Shown: one piece after another, positions 27,090 to 41,415 of the stretch
Numbering within the stretch: position 1 is the stretch's first letter
Layout: each line of letters starts with the position of its first letter
Source: Eledone cirrhosa
Lineage: Eukaryota
DNA: 64,000 nt
Reading direction: 5' to 3'
NCBI GenBank assembly: GCA_964016885.1
Contig: OZ024743.1
Span: 82,584,001-82,648,000 of the forward strand
The notes under the pieces: model-generated
What the model was told of the DNA's origin: nothing
The model's input: the letters and a program-made list of their open reading frames with translations, nothing else
Databases searched by the model: none
Program-made: the position numbers and the translations under genes

Positions 27090-27475
27090 TAGATATATTT
27101 CTTTATTTGCCACAAGGGCGCACAAGAAAAGGGGACAATACAAATTCACATGCCGGGGATTTTAAGTACAGTCGTGTAAAAATATTGAAACAAACAATTA
27201 TAACAATCGAAATCCCCAATAGGGGGGAAGCACCCCAAATAGGTTGTTTAATACCCCGTCGATAGAACAACCCTCAACTTCAGGAGCGTGTTGTGCAAGT
27301 GCCCCTTTCTTTCTTTTGCTCTCTTTTTTAACCTACAGGCTTATAAACAGAGATAGATAGTTAGTTTCATAGATAGTTAGATAAATAGATAGGTAGATAG
27401 ATAGATAGATATGTTTCTTTATAAGCCACAGGGGCACAAAAGAAGGGGACAAATACAAAGAGAGAAGTTTACATA
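27090..27475 (-). mobile_element. Retroposon 3' end(s), LINE/SINE-type tail
   Basis: Two copies of tttctttat..gccaca.ggg..caca..aga.ggggacaa, next to (GATA)n. Confidence 0.45.
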
Positions 27476-28127
27476 CAATAAGATAGATAGACAGCTAGAT
27501 AGATAAAAAGCTTGTGTCTGTATGTACTGGCCGGATGCCATAAACACTGGTTTTCGTCAAAGCAGCAAATGTTTGCAACAGAATCAAACCTGGTTGTTAA
27601 TAAAACAGTTGACCTGTTGGTCAACCGAGTACATACATACTATACCTCCTACCACATACAACATCTACCTCACTCCTTCCCTCCTACTCCCTCTAAAATA
27701 TGTTTCACTCCTACCACCTATAACTGTACTAGTGAGCTCGCGCTATTGAAATTCACGGCTACTCGCACACACACACACTCTCTCTCTCACACACACACTC
27801 TCTCTCTCACACACACACACTCTCTCTCTCTCACAGACACACTCTCTCACACACACACACTCTCACACACACTCTCTCACACACACACACACACACTCTC
27901 TCTCTCTCACACACACTCTCACCCCCCCCCCCACCCACACATATTAAAGGTTATTCAGCCATAATTGAGTGGTTAAAGAGCTCGCGTCGCCACCATGTAG
28001 CCTCTTTTGCCTTCTTTTCCTTCGTTGTCCGCTCTTTCTTTCCCTAATACACACACACACACACACGCACACACACACATATATATATATATATATAGTT
28101 ATGTAATAAACAACATAAGATAATTAT

Positions 28128-28185
28128 TTCATTTACCAGTGGTTTCTTGAAAGCAGATATATCTGCTTTCAGTCGTCAGAATGAA
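28128..28185 (-). ncRNA. Type I hammerhead ribozyme (family D, left arm)
   Basis: UUCAUU-CUGACGA-C(UGAAAGCAGA-uaua-UCUGCUUUCA)A-GAAA-CC-acu-GG-UA^AAUGAA. Confidence 0.88.
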
Positions 28186-28228
28186 TAAAACATGGTGTTT
28201 TTATTAAATGTGGATTCAAGTCCACATC

Positions 28229-28415
28229 TAATAATTGTTTCTACGTTAGGCACAAGGCCAGCAATTTACCCAGTGTATTACTGGTACTTTATTTTATCGA
28301 CCCCGTAAGGATGAAAGGCAAAGTTAACCTCGGCGGGATTTGAACTCAGAATGGCAAGCCGTAACTCTATGCGTCAAAGCATGGCGTCCGACCCTCTACC
28401 AATACTGCCAATCCA
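28229..28415 (-). mobile_element. Full-length SINE between the two HHR arms
   Basis: Same family as 56153-56340. Confidence 0.9.
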
Positions 28416-28422
28416 TGTATTA

Positions 28423-28480
28423 TTCATTCTGATGACTGAAAGCAGATATATCTGCTTTCAAGAAACCACTCGTAAATGAA
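28423..28480 (+). ncRNA. Type I hammerhead ribozyme (family D, right arm)
   Basis: UUCAUU-CUGAUGA-stem II (10+ bp)-GAAA-CCACUCG-UA^AAUGAA. Confidence 0.85.
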
Positions 28481-28576
28481 ATAATTATCTTATGTTGTTT
28501 ATTACATAATTAATAAGCTCTGTAACCTACATAGAGCACTCTTTTTTCCTGTACCTTTCCGACGGAATTACTTCCT

Positions 28577-28652
<76 letters not shown>

Positions 28653-29111
28653 GTAAGGTTAGGTGGCTGTCTCCTAGATTTGAAAGTCCGGTTAAGTCTG
28701 TGTAATATCTTTAAATATGATGCAACACTGAATCCTCGTTCTTTATCATTATAATATATATATATATATATGTAAATGTTTAAAATTTAAACCCACAAGA
28801 ATACTACATACAATTTCCAATCTCAGCCATGTTGCTACAATAAGGAATTGGCTTTCCAACCATAAGGTATTGTGTTCTAACCAAACATTTGTCTCTGTAT
28901 ATAGTTATTTCTTCACTCATACATTTAATCCTATATGTCACTTTATATATATGCTAAACATTTATATAAATATATCTTAGACATATTAAAATATCACTCG
29001 TATCTTCAATCACTTCTTGGTGCCAGAAATCATCAAAAACTATAGGATTTCTCTTATGAAATTAAATAAATTCACCAACACAAATGTCCCAATATGTATG
29101 ATTGTTCATAT

Positions 29112-30385
29112 ATCCAGTAATCCTGGTATATATAGTATACCAATCCTAGACTCCAGTAATCCTAGTATATATGGTATACCAGCCCTAGACTCCAATAATC
29201 CTGGTATATATGGTATACCAATCCTAGACTCCAGTAATCCTAGTATATATGGTATACCAATCCTAGACTCCAGTAATCCTAGTATATATGGTATACCAAC
29301 CCTAGACTCCAATAATCCTGGTATATATGGTATACCAATCCTAGACTCCAGTAATCCTGGTATATATAGTATACCAATCCTAGACTCCAGTAATCCTAGT
29401 ATATATGGTATACCAATCCTAGACTCCAGTAATCCTGGTATATATAGTATACCAGCCCTAGACTCCAATAATCCTGGTATATATGGTATACCAATCCTAG
29501 ACTCCAGTAATCCTGGTATATATGGTATACCAATCCTAGACTCCAGTAATCCTGGTATATATGATATACCAACCCTAGACTCCAGTAATCCTGGTATATA
29601 TAGTATACCAACCCTAGACTCCAGTAATCCTGGTATATATGGTATACCAATCCTAGACTCCAGTAATCCTGGTATATATGATATACCAACCCTAGACTCC
29701 AGTAATCCTGGTATATATAGTATACCAACCCTAGACTCCAGTAATCCTGGTATATATAGTATACCAATCCTAGACTCCAGTAATCCTGGTATATATGATA
29801 TACCAACCCTAGACTCCAGTAATCCTGGTATATATAGTATACCAACCCTAGACTCCAGTAATCCTGGTATATATGGTATACCAATCCTAGACTCCAATAA
29901 TCCTGGTATATATGGTATACCAACCCTAGACTCCAATAATCCTGGTATATATGGTATACCAATCCTAGACTCCAATAATCCTGGTATATATGGTATACCA
30001 ACCCTAGACTCCAGTAATCCTGGTATATATGGTATACCAATCCTAGACTCCAGTAATCCTGGTATATATGGTATACCAATCCTAGACTCCAGTAATCCTG
30101 GTATATATGGTATACCAACCCTAGACTCCAGTAATCCTGGTATATATGGTATACCAACCCTAGACTCCAGTAATCCTGGTATATATGGTATACCAACCCT
30201 AGACTCCAGTAATCCTGGTATATATGGTATACCAATCCTAGACTCCAGTAATCCTGGTATATATGGTATACCAACCCTAGACTCCAGTAATCTTGGTATA
30301 TATGGTATACCAATCCTAGACTCCAGTAATCCTGGTATATATGGCATACCAACCCTAGACTCCAGTAATCCTGGTATATATGGCA
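29112..30385. repeat. 39-bp minisatellite, about 33 copies
   Basis: Unit tccagtaatcctggtatatatggtataccaa(t/c)cctagac. Confidence 0.98.
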
Positions 30386-30390
30386 TATAT

Positions 30391-30543
30391 ATGCTTTGCA
30401 GCATAGTTACGTCCCTTTATGTCCTGAGTTCAAATGCCGCCGAGATTAACTCTACCTTTCATCCGTACGGAGTCGATAAAATAAAGTACCAGTAATGCAC
30501 TAGGGTAATTGCTGGTCTTGTGCCAGAAGTAGAAACAATTATT
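30391..30543 (+). mobile_element. 5'-truncated SINE abutting the 39-bp array
   Basis: atgctttgcagcatagttacgtccc...gagttcaaat...agtagaaacaattatt. Confidence 0.85.
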
Positions 30544-32149
30544 GATGACACGTGCCCTCTTGTTCAATAATAATGTATGTATTTGTATCGAACTATCTTT
30601 CATATTTAAGATACGTTCAACGAGAGAAAGAAAGAATACATCTTACTAAATAAGAAAAAAAAATGTTTTACTTCTTCTCTTTAACTTCTTGGCGGGTTCG
30701 AGAAAGTAACAGATTGGTGACTGGTGCTAATAAGACCACCAACGTTGCAATATGGTGAGAGGAACGAAAAACAACCATACTGCATCGTCCTTCGCGTGGG
30801 TTAACAAGGGACGCATCAGGATTTAGGTAGAGGCACCTGCTCGAAAAATATATTGCAGTCTCCATTTCACGCTGCAAAAACTGACAATGGGCCTGCGACC
30901 TGTCCTGTGAGGCATAGGATAGATGCTCAAAGATTGCCTAACCCGAGACCCCAAAGAGGGTTCGGGAGGGAGCAAACTCTGACATATTTTACTTTGCATT
31001 TAATATTCAACGAAATTTGAAAGTTCTTTTGAAAGTCAGCTACTACAAGATATGTTAAACTATTGAATAGTGGAACATGTTGGTCATATAAACCTCTAGA
31101 GACAGGAAAAGGTGGACAGTTTCCTTTGTAGGAATCAAACTCATATCTGCTGTATACCGGAGGGCTGGTGTATTACCACTACCCCAGAGTCAGGCTGACT
31201 GCTTTCTCCTCATTTTAAGGCCTTATCTTTCAGCGAGGAGATGGAGTTAAGTTTTTAATAAGAAAATATTTTCTCAATACCAAATTATTATTTTTCTCAC
31301 TCTCTTTCGCTCTCTCATCACTCTCTTTCGCCCTCTCACTCTCTGTCCTTCTCTGGAGGCAATCTGTTGTATTCAGACCTGGAGAGGTGATGGGCTCTGT
31401 CAGGTTTTAAAATATGCCATATAAACATTGTATGTTAATCCTCCGAGTCCATCAGGAGTTACAGGACCCTGCATGTTGAGATTGCAGTATAGGCACAGTA
31501 CCTTCTACGGATCAGGTGTGTCATAAACTGTTTTGCCCCCAAATTATTTTAATACATTACACTAAAAAAAGAAATATTTCTAAGTGTTGGACCTTCGTTT
31601 GGTTCCAACTAGGAATCTTCGAGTTGTTCGAACAACAGAACAGTCTGATCGGGAAAGTAACGCAGGAGTGCCTTAGCATTCCACAAACATTAAAGTAATT
31701 TCCAAGGAGATTCAGTGTGAACTCTGTTGCTCAAGGACACAATGTGCTACCAGGAATCAAATTTATAACTTTATGATTGGCCACCAGGCTACGGTTGATT
31801 AAGGGAGTTAAGAAGCCTTAAACTATTGAAATAAGGAAGTAAACAAATGATGAGAGTGACATGTTGATACAGTACAGTATATATATATATATAATATATA
31901 TATATAAAACCATCGGAATACTCAATGTTCCGCTGATTTTATATATTTATATATGTGTGCTTGTGTATATATATATATATAATGTGCGTGTGTATGTATA
32001 TACATATATATATAATGTGCGTGTGTATGTATATACATATATATATATAATGTGCGTGTGTGTGTGTGTGTGTTGCCAGTTGTAGAAAAAAATAGGATTG
32101 GGGAGAAGGGAGAAGTAAAATTCCAATAAAACCACCTTAGTCGGGGAAG

Positions 32150-32238
32150 CTTAGCCCAGCCGCCGCTGCTGCCACCACCGTCGGCCTTAGCCCAGCCGCC
32201 GCTGCTGCCACCACCGTCGGCCATAGCCCAGCCGCCGC
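32150..32238. repeat. GC-rich 36-bp tandem repeat, about 2.5 copies
   Basis: cttagcccagccgccgctgctgccaccaccgtcggc. Confidence 0.9.
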
Positions 32239-32583
32239 CAGCCTTAACTCCGTCTTTTAAAGAAGTCGGTTAGTAGAACGGTAATATGTACTACAATAGT
32301 ATCACACACACATACATAGAAATATGTATATATATATATATCATATGTATGTATATATATATATATAGAAATACAAACATATGTGTATATATATATACAT
32401 ACATATGTATGTATATATATAGAAATACAAACATATGTATATATATATATATACATACATATGTATGTAAATATATAGTAATACAAACATATGTATATAT
32501 ATATATATATATAAATACATACATATGTATGTATATATATATATGTGTATATATATATATATATATATACAAACATATGTATG

Positions 32584-32622
<39 letters not shown>

Positions 32623-32715
32623 CTCCCCCCCCCCTCTCAAGAGCGTGAACCTAATAAACTTTTATTTGTACTGCCTCTCTGTTTTTGTTCCCGTCCAAGT
32701 TTTCACTATATATAA

Positions 32716-32807
<92 letters not shown>

Positions 32808-33404
32808 CGAAGGAAATGTGGTAAGGAACCAGGTGGACCATGACGCACCAAAGTATTCAATACTTAGGGTAGTAGAGTGGGTAATAGGAACAAGTATTGG
32901 GGTCTTACTTGTTCCTATATATATATATATATATATATAATGAAAAATTTGAACAGGGACAGAACAGAGAGGCAGTACAATAAATGTTTATTAAATTCAC
33001 GTATATATATATATATATAAATATATATATGTAGGAGGTGATTAATATTGTAGAACAATAAAACTATGTATATATCAGTTAAGTAGCACTCAACAGTTGG
33101 CAGAACTGGAGTATATATAAAGAAGAAATTAAAAGCGTTAAAAGGTTAAAAACGTTCCATGGGACAAAAATTATGTTCTCATCAGATAAAATAAGGTAGC
33201 ATCATCTGAGACCTAAAAACACTTGTGGTGTCCAGTCTACATATATATATATAGGAAAATGTTTAACCCCGTCGGCAGAGCTCAAGCCGTTTCGACGAAA
33301 CGGCTTGATCTCTGCCGTCGAGGCTAAACATTTTCCTATTACCCACTCTACGACCCTAACTATTGACGTTATGGTCCATCTGGTTCCTTACCACACTTCC
33401 TTCG

Positions 33405-33454
<50 letters not shown>

Positions 33455-33513
33455 GTATTTATATATATATATACGTATATATATATATAGATATATGTAT
33501 ATGTATGTGTGTG

Positions 33514-33548
<35 letters not shown>

Positions 33549-33555
33549 GTATTTA

Positions 33556-33595
<40 letters not shown>

Positions 33596-33610
33596 TATGT
33601 ATATATATAC

Positions 33611-33710
<100 letters not shown>

Positions 33711-34029
33711 GTATATAGAAATACGAATATATATATACATATAAATATGTATATACATATGTATATATACTATATATTTATACATACATGAATATATACA
33801 CAATATATACACAACGTTTAAATTAGTTCTAAGCCAGCCACTATCGACTCCATAAATTTACAGAAATCGAATGTTGTAAAACGAATCTGCAATTGTGAGT
33901 GTACACAATACTTTAAAGTGTATTTAGATGAGCGAATAGTTGAATAGCTGAGTTGGTAGAGCACCGATAGGAATAAGTTGTGCTATATACTCCTCTATAT
34001 CTTGCCACGTATCGAATACTCGGATTTGT

Positions 34030-34063
<34 letters not shown>

Positions 34064-34316
34064 GTATATACATAATTGTGCGTGCGTATATATACACACA
34101 CTACAGGCATGGTTTTTACCACCATCGATAGACACAATACTACTGCTGTAGTACTGTTTGTTTACTACTACTACTACTAGTAGTAGTGGTAGTAGTAGTA
34201 GTAGTAGAGGTTGTGTTTAATGTTAGTAACTGTAGAAGTAGTAGTAATGTTACTAGCTGCTGCTGTTTGTTGCTAGCAGGATCTGTTAACGGTTGTTCCT
34301 ACTTAGGGTTAGTATG

Positions 34317-34364
<48 letters not shown>

Positions 34365-34550
34365 GTCTGTGGTGGTGGTACTACAATTACTAGTGATGGT
34401 ACTGGTGGTACTATGACAAATCGGTGGCTTACTCTCGTCTAAATTATATTATCTATATATATCTAACTGTGATATATTCTGTATGTGGTTGACGGCTGAG
34501 GGAAAAGTGTACTCAATATCGAAGTAGAGTTTAGATATTCATTTTATTAT

Positions 34551-34657
34551 GGCTAAATTGTGTGTTGTTACTGCCGAGATTCGCCTGTTTTTACATCTTG
34601 TCTAATGACCCTGCAATAAACAGGCGAAACTCCACAGTAACAACACTCACTATTTAG

Positions 34658-34660
<3 letters not shown>
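34551..34660 (+). mobile_element. Fold-back element containing an HHR with a G5A core mutation (34598-34643)
   Basis: UUGU-CUAAUGA-C-CCUG-caauaaa-CAGG-C-GAAA-CU-ccac-AG-UA^ACAA; inverted arm 34551-34590. Confidence 0.65.
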
Positions 34661-34720
<60 letters not shown>

Positions 34721-34744
34721 TCTTCCTAATAATCGTTTTTTTCT

Positions 34745-34780
<36 letters not shown>

Positions 34781-34796
34781 CTTCTCATTCTTTCTT

Positions 34797-34825
34797 CTGA
34801 TGAAGGACTAGCGTCCGAAACGTTA
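34797..34825 (+). ncRNA. Minimal hammerhead ribozyme motif (family A)
   Basis: CUGAUGA-A-GGAC-uagc-GUCC-GAAAC-GUU. Confidence 0.65.
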
Positions 34826-35069
34826 ACCCTCTTCCTGCTATATCAAGCGTTAACCTAATATATATATTAGGTGAACGCTTGATATAGCAGGAAGAGGGTA
34901 CCTTCCATATACTGTACCGATTGTGTTGTTATTTCTGTTTACCTTTTATATACACATATATATATATATATACAAATATATATATATATATATATAAATA
35001 TATATACAAATATATACAAATATATATATATAAATATATACAAATATATATATATACAAATATATATAT

Positions 35070-35176
<107 letters not shown>

Positions 35177-35189
35177 CCAGGCCATATCT

Positions 35190-35470
35190 ACCATATAATA
35201 GATGGTGGCAGTTATTTAGATGTGGTCTGGCCGCAGTTGTCGGGGTGTTCATGCTGGTCTCTAGGCCCCACAATGCACAGGAAGGTTGTTGTGACCTGTC
35301 CCGTTCTTGATGTCCGACCAGGATTGTTTTCCTTTTGCCCTCCTTCACCAGTGTCCAGCAGAATGGTTTTCAACAGGCCCTCGTAGCGGGATACATGACC
35401 GTACCAAGCGAACTTCCCTCCTCTGACCATAGTAAGGAGTGGTTCCTGTCTGTCAGCTTATTTGTCTGAC
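35190..35470 (-). pseudogene. RTE-type LINE ORF C-terminal fragment
   Basis: [26 protein letters not shown] resembles the RTE motif KLxWFGHVxR...KTILQGTVEGGRRRGR. Confidence 0.75.
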
Positions 35471-36318
35471 CAACCTATAGTTCAACATCACTAGATTGTG
35501 GTCAAGAGTTGTGATTAGTGGCCTGTCATGACTAGGTGGCCTCACATCAAGCGTAACGAAACTTTGCACACTGGTCAGTCGAGTTTGGGTATAATATTAC
35601 TGGCCTGACAGAAAAGCTAGCTACTTACTCACGTTTAGGTGGACGGAGAAAGTGAGTGGCTAGAATGGTCAATGTGTTGGTGACAGGCGAGTATGCTGGG
35701 ACTAGTTTAATGTTAGTTTAAATTCAAAGGCCATGAAATTGTTATTTTGAAACTTCATCTGTAATTTTTCACCGAGTTACTATATTAAACTGAGAGACAT
35801 AAACAGGTTTATAGTTATATTCATTTTTGGGTTTTGTTTTTGCTCATCTCAAGCAAGGCAATAAAGTCACTAAAATACAAGGGGTTGGTGAGAAAGGAGG
35901 ACAAAACACAGAGAATATAATTCAAGAGATGACGACGATTGGCGTCGCTTTTGAAATTTTACAAATTGTAGTCAGAAAAACAAGAAGCTGGAAATAAATT
36001 TCATTGGCGAGACATAGTTTTGTGAATTGTTAAATCTTAATAGCCATTGTAGTTGTATATAATTCACACACACACTCACACAAACACACTACACACACAA
36101 ACACTCTACACACACACACACACTCACAAACACACTACACACACAAACACTCTACACACACACACAAACACACTACACACACAAACACTCTACACACACG
36201 CACACACACTACACACACGCGCGCGCGCACAGATGATTCCTTACATGCATTATTTTCTAATTTTTTTACGTTCTGACTTCAAATCCCGCCAAGTTTAAGC
36301 TTTGCTTTTCCTCCTCTG

Positions 36319-36591
36319 GACTATCCAGAGAACTTCAACCGTTAAGGTTGTCTTATTTTTTGGGTATGTCAATATATATTTATAAAACAAATCTGTATTT
36401 TATCTGATGAAAGCGCACCATAATTTACCTTGGTTGCCCTTGAAATATATATAATAAAATAATTATGGTTTTATAAATATAGTTTCCATTTATTTATATA
36501 TTGAATATTTACTCCACTATACTGCTGAGTGCTTTATATCAGTTATAAAATTGTTAAGCTTGTTGAATCCCAACAAATTAAATATAACCTC

Positions 36592-36595
<4 letters not shown>
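36319..36595 (+). mobile_element. Family F HHR element, ~275 bp (other copies 36715-36980 -, 44301-44435 +, 46262-46460, 55690-55810, 56092-56588, 58280-58379 -, diverged 33030-33200 -)
   Basis: Shared blocks actatcca...tattttatctgatga...tgaaatatatataat...atggttttataaatatagtttcc...gagtgctttatatcagttataaaa. Confidence 0.85.
36396..36461 (+). ncRNA. Type I hammerhead ribozyme (family F)
   Basis: UAUUUUAU-CUGAUGA-AAGCGCACCA...UGGUUGCCCUU-GAAA-UAUAUA-UA^AUAAAAUA (8-bp stem I). Confidence 0.85.
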
Positions 36596-36675
<80 letters not shown>

Positions 36676-36844
36676 GATAACAGGACGCTGATATAACAGG
36701 CTGATATAACAGAAGGGATATTCAATTTGTTGGTAATTCAACAAATATAAATGTTTATAACTGATTCAGAGCACTCGACAGATTTCTGGAGTATAATATT
36801 CAATGATATTAAATAATTGGAAACTATATTTATAAAACCATATT

Positions 36845-36905
36845 TATTCTATTATATATATTTCAAGGGTACCCACATTTTTGTACGCTTTCATCAGATA
36901 AAATA
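36845..36905 (-). ncRNA. Type I hammerhead ribozyme (family F)
   Basis: UAUUUUAU-CUGAUGA-AAGCGUAC...GUACCCUU-GAAA-UAUAUA-UA^AUAGAAUA. Confidence 0.82.
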
Positions 36906-37034
36906 CGAAGTGTGTTTTATAAATTTTGACATAGCCAAGGGAACATACCTTATCAGTTGAAGTATTCCTTGGATACCATCCAAGGAAGACTTAACCTACA
37001 TAAATATGGTTTCCATTTATCTAATATCATTGTG

Positions 37035-37114
<80 letters not shown>

Positions 37115-37170
37115 ATTTTCGCCCTACATGGCTGAATACGATAGATGTAATGTGTGAGTTTTTCGAATAT

Positions 37171-37340
37171 TAATAATTGTTTCTACTTTTGGCACAAGGC
37201 CAGAAATTACCCAGTACATTACTGGTACTTTATTTTATCGACCCCGTAATTAATAATTGTTTCTACTTTAAGCACAAGGCCAGCAATTACCCAGTGCATT
37301 ACTTTATTTTATCGACCCCGTAAGGATGAAAGGCAAAGTC
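37171..37340 (-). mobile_element. Two tandem SINE 3' fragments
   Basis: taataattgtttctacttt...atcgaccccgtaa repeated at 37171 and 37251. Confidence 0.8.
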
Positions 37341-37565
37341 TTAATAATAACATTCGATTCGTTAGCAATTATGCAAACAAGCCTCAATTTTATAGCCATG
37401 TCAGTAGAATGGACCCTTCATTCTTGCTCCTGCGTTGGCATATATATATATATGTTGTGTGTGTGTGTGTGTGAATATACATATATATATATATATATAT
37501 ATATGTAATTATACATATATATATATGCATGTATACACACATATATATGTATACATATATATATA

Positions 37566-37630
<65 letters not shown>

Positions 37631-37631
37631 C

Positions 37632-37671
<40 letters not shown>

Positions 37672-37859
37672 CGTGTGTACATATATATATGTATACATGT
37701 ATATGCCCCACATTACGCCCCTCTTTTTTCTTTTTTCTTTTTTCTTTTTTCTTTTTTCTTTTCACTTCATAAACCTTGTTTGTAAATAACATTATTCTTT
37801 CTGAACCATTTCTTTGACGTGTCCAACACCACCATTCTACACCAATACATATTATTATA

Positions 37860-37894
37860 ATTTGATAATGCATAAAAATGCTGAAACCGGTAAT
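37860..37894 (+). ncRNA. HHR-like motif with U3-A8 core
   Basis: UUGAUAA-U-GCAU-aaaa-AUGC-U-GAAA-CCGG-UA^; weak stem I. Confidence 0.5.
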
Positions 37895-38099
37895 GGACAA
37901 TTATTAAATATATAAATAAATAAATTAATGCCATTGTTAATTAATAAATAGATCAACTAATACCTTAACACTTCACACAAAGTAAAATATTTCGTTTTAA
38001 TCATTTTCTAACCCAGAAAAAAGAGAGAAAGAGATAAAAAGGAAAAAAAAAATTTTTTTCTTCCTAATAATCGTCTTTTTCTCCCTGTTTTCATATATA

Positions 38100-39055
38100 T
38101 ATATATTTATATATGCATGTATATATATATGTATACATGTATATAAATACATGTATATATATGTGTACATATATATATATATATACATGTTTATATATAT
38201 ACATCATGTATATATACATGTTTCTATATGTAAACATGTATATATATATATACATGTTTATATATGTGTACATGTATATGTATGTGTACATGTATATATG
38301 TGTACCTGTATATATATATGTGTACATGTATATATATATGTGTACATGTATATATATGTGTACATGTATATACATGTGTACATGTATATATATGTGTACA
38401 TGTATATATATGTGTACATGTATATATATGTGTACCTGTATATATATGTGTACATGTATATATATATGTGCACATATATATATGTGTACATGTATATATA
38501 TGTGTACATATATATATATATGTGTACATGTATATGTATGTGTGTATGTGTGTGTGTTATGATTATTCCTTTTGTCTAAAGCTTTCTTTTCCTCTCTCTC
38601 TTTCTCTCTTTCAACGATTCAATGAAAACTGTTCATCACATTGATATTATTGAAAAACTACGAATACACACACATAGACACTATCATACACCCCCACACA
38701 CGCATACACTATCCCCTCCCCCCACACATAGACACTATCATACACCCTCACACCACCCCCACACACACATACACTATCCCCTCCCCCCACACACAGGCAC
38801 TATCACCCCCCCCCCCCCACACACACAGGCACTATCACCCCCCACACACATTATATATATCTATCCAATGTACATAGACACATTCTAGCATGCACATCCA
38901 CATATACACACATACCACCCTACAGTCACATATACACACTCTACCATATATAGAAATATATGTCAGGCAGAATATTCGAGGTGCACAGTTTATGATTTTA
39001 TATACTCCCAGTGCAGGGTTACGGTTGTTTCAGCAAACCAAGTAAACATTGTATT

Positions 39056-39146
<91 letters not shown>

Positions 39147-39831
39147 GTGTGTGTGTGTATCTATTTGTAAGTACGTCTGTGTATATCTATATATATCTGT
39201 GTGTGTGTGTGTATCTATGTGTATGTCTGCGTATATCTATATATATATATGTGTGTTTGTGTGTGTGTATCTATGTGTATGTCTGCGTATATCTATATAT
39301 ATATATATGTGTTTGTGTGTGTGTGTGTGTATCTATGTGTAAGTATGTCTGTGTATATCTATATATATGTGTGTGTGTATCTATGTGTAAGTATGTCTGT
39401 GTATATCTGTGTGTGTGTATCTATGTGTAAGTATGTCTGTATATGTGTGTGTGTGTTTGTGTGTATCTATGTGTAAGTATGTCTGTGTATATCTATATAT
39501 ATGTGTGTGTGTGTGTATCTATGTGTAAGTATATTTGTGTATATCTATATATATCTGTGTGTGTGTGTATCTATGTGTAAGTATGTCTGTGTATATCTGT
39601 GTGTGTGTATCTATGTGTAAGTATGTCTGTATATGTGTGTGTGTGTATCTATGTGTAAGTATGTCTGTGTATATCTATATATATATCTGTGTGTGTGTGT
39701 GTGTGTATCTATGTGTAAGTATATCTGTGTATATCTGTGTGTGTGTGTGTATCTATGTGTAAGTATGTCTGTCTATATCTATATATATATCTGTGTGTGT
39801 GTATCTATGTGTAAGTATGTCTGTGTATATC

Positions 39832-39866
<35 letters not shown>

Positions 39867-40740
39867 CTATGTGTAAGTATGTCTGTGTATATCTATATAT
39901 ATATATCTGTGTGTGTGTCTATGTGTAAGTATGTCTGTGTATATCTATATATATATATCTGTGTGTGTGTCTATGTGTAAGTATGTATGTGTATATCTAT
40001 ATATATATATCTGTGTGTGTGTGTGAAATTAACGTCTCTGAGTCATATGTATCTATACAAATTTCTACCATACATTTATATAGAAATCTATTAGTCGTAC
40101 TCCTCGTTATTTCACACACACAAATATATACATATTTATATAAATATATATATATTTATATAAATATATATATTCATATAAATATATATATTTATATAAA
40201 TATGTATATATTTATTATAAATATGTATATATTTATATAAATATATATATATTTATATGAATATATATATATTTATATAAATATATATATATTCATATAA
40301 ATATATATATCTATATAAATATATATATATTTATATAAATATATATATATTTATATAAATATATATATATTTATATAAATATATATATATTTATATATAT
40401 ATTCATATAAATATATATATCTATATAAATATATATATATTCATATAAATATATATATATTTATATAAATATATACATATTTATATAAATATATCTATTT
40501 ATATAAATATATACATATTTATATAGATATATATATTTATGTATATATATATATATTTATATAGATATATATATTTATATGAATATATATATATTTATAT
40601 AAATATATATATTCATATAAATATATATATATTTATATAAATATATATATATTTATATGAATATATATATATTTATATAAATATATATATTCATATAAAT
40701 ATATATATATTCATATAAATATATATATATTTATATAGAT
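38100..40740. repeat. Microsatellite-derived minisatellites (~18-bp tgtacatgtatata, ~40-bp tatctatgtgtaagtatgtctg, ~20-bp AT-only)
   Basis: Direct reading. Confidence 0.85.
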
Positions 40741-40861
40741 ATGTATGATTTCATTCAAATGAAACAGTTCTAGGCTGTAGAAGCGATTTCTATAATAAAT
40801 GTTGTATATACTCTAGTAATGTATTGCGTACCTTACTGTGGTTGTCCCCGATTGGACCGGG

Positions 40862-40899
<38 letters not shown>

Positions 40900-40975
40900 T
40901 ATCTGTATGTGTGTGTGTTATATAATTATATTGTATTGTTTATTATGTAATTTTTCTCTTTACCTTTTTCACACA

Positions 40976-41092
40976 CACACCCACACATATGTAAAAGTTA
41001 AACAAATAACAACACAATCGATTTATATATATATATATATATATATAAATCGATTGTGTTGTTATTTGTTTAACTTTTACATATATGTGTGG

Positions 41093-41098
<6 letters not shown>
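40976..41098. repeat. Palindrome centred on (TA)n, related to the family A 3' end
   Basis: gtaaaagttaaacaaataacaacacaatcgattt(TA)n aaatcgattgtgttgttatttgtttaacttttac. Confidence 0.85.
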
Positions 41099-41165
<67 letters not shown>

Positions 41166-41307
41166 ACTTTGATGGGTTTCGGCCAGTATTGGCCCAGGCC
41201 ATGTCCAACTTAATAGCCCCACCTGGTGAAGTTTGGGCATCATGGCCCACTCGAGCAGGGAGTTATTGATTAAGGAGGCAATATATGTATATATAAATTA
41301 ATAAATA

Positions 41308-41415
<108 letters not shown>

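Noticed and set aside
29017-30495. 492-aa ORF as a genuine CDS
   Set aside because: It starts at GTG, consists of a minisatellite and ends inside a SINE; overlapping antisense ORFs are similarly long.
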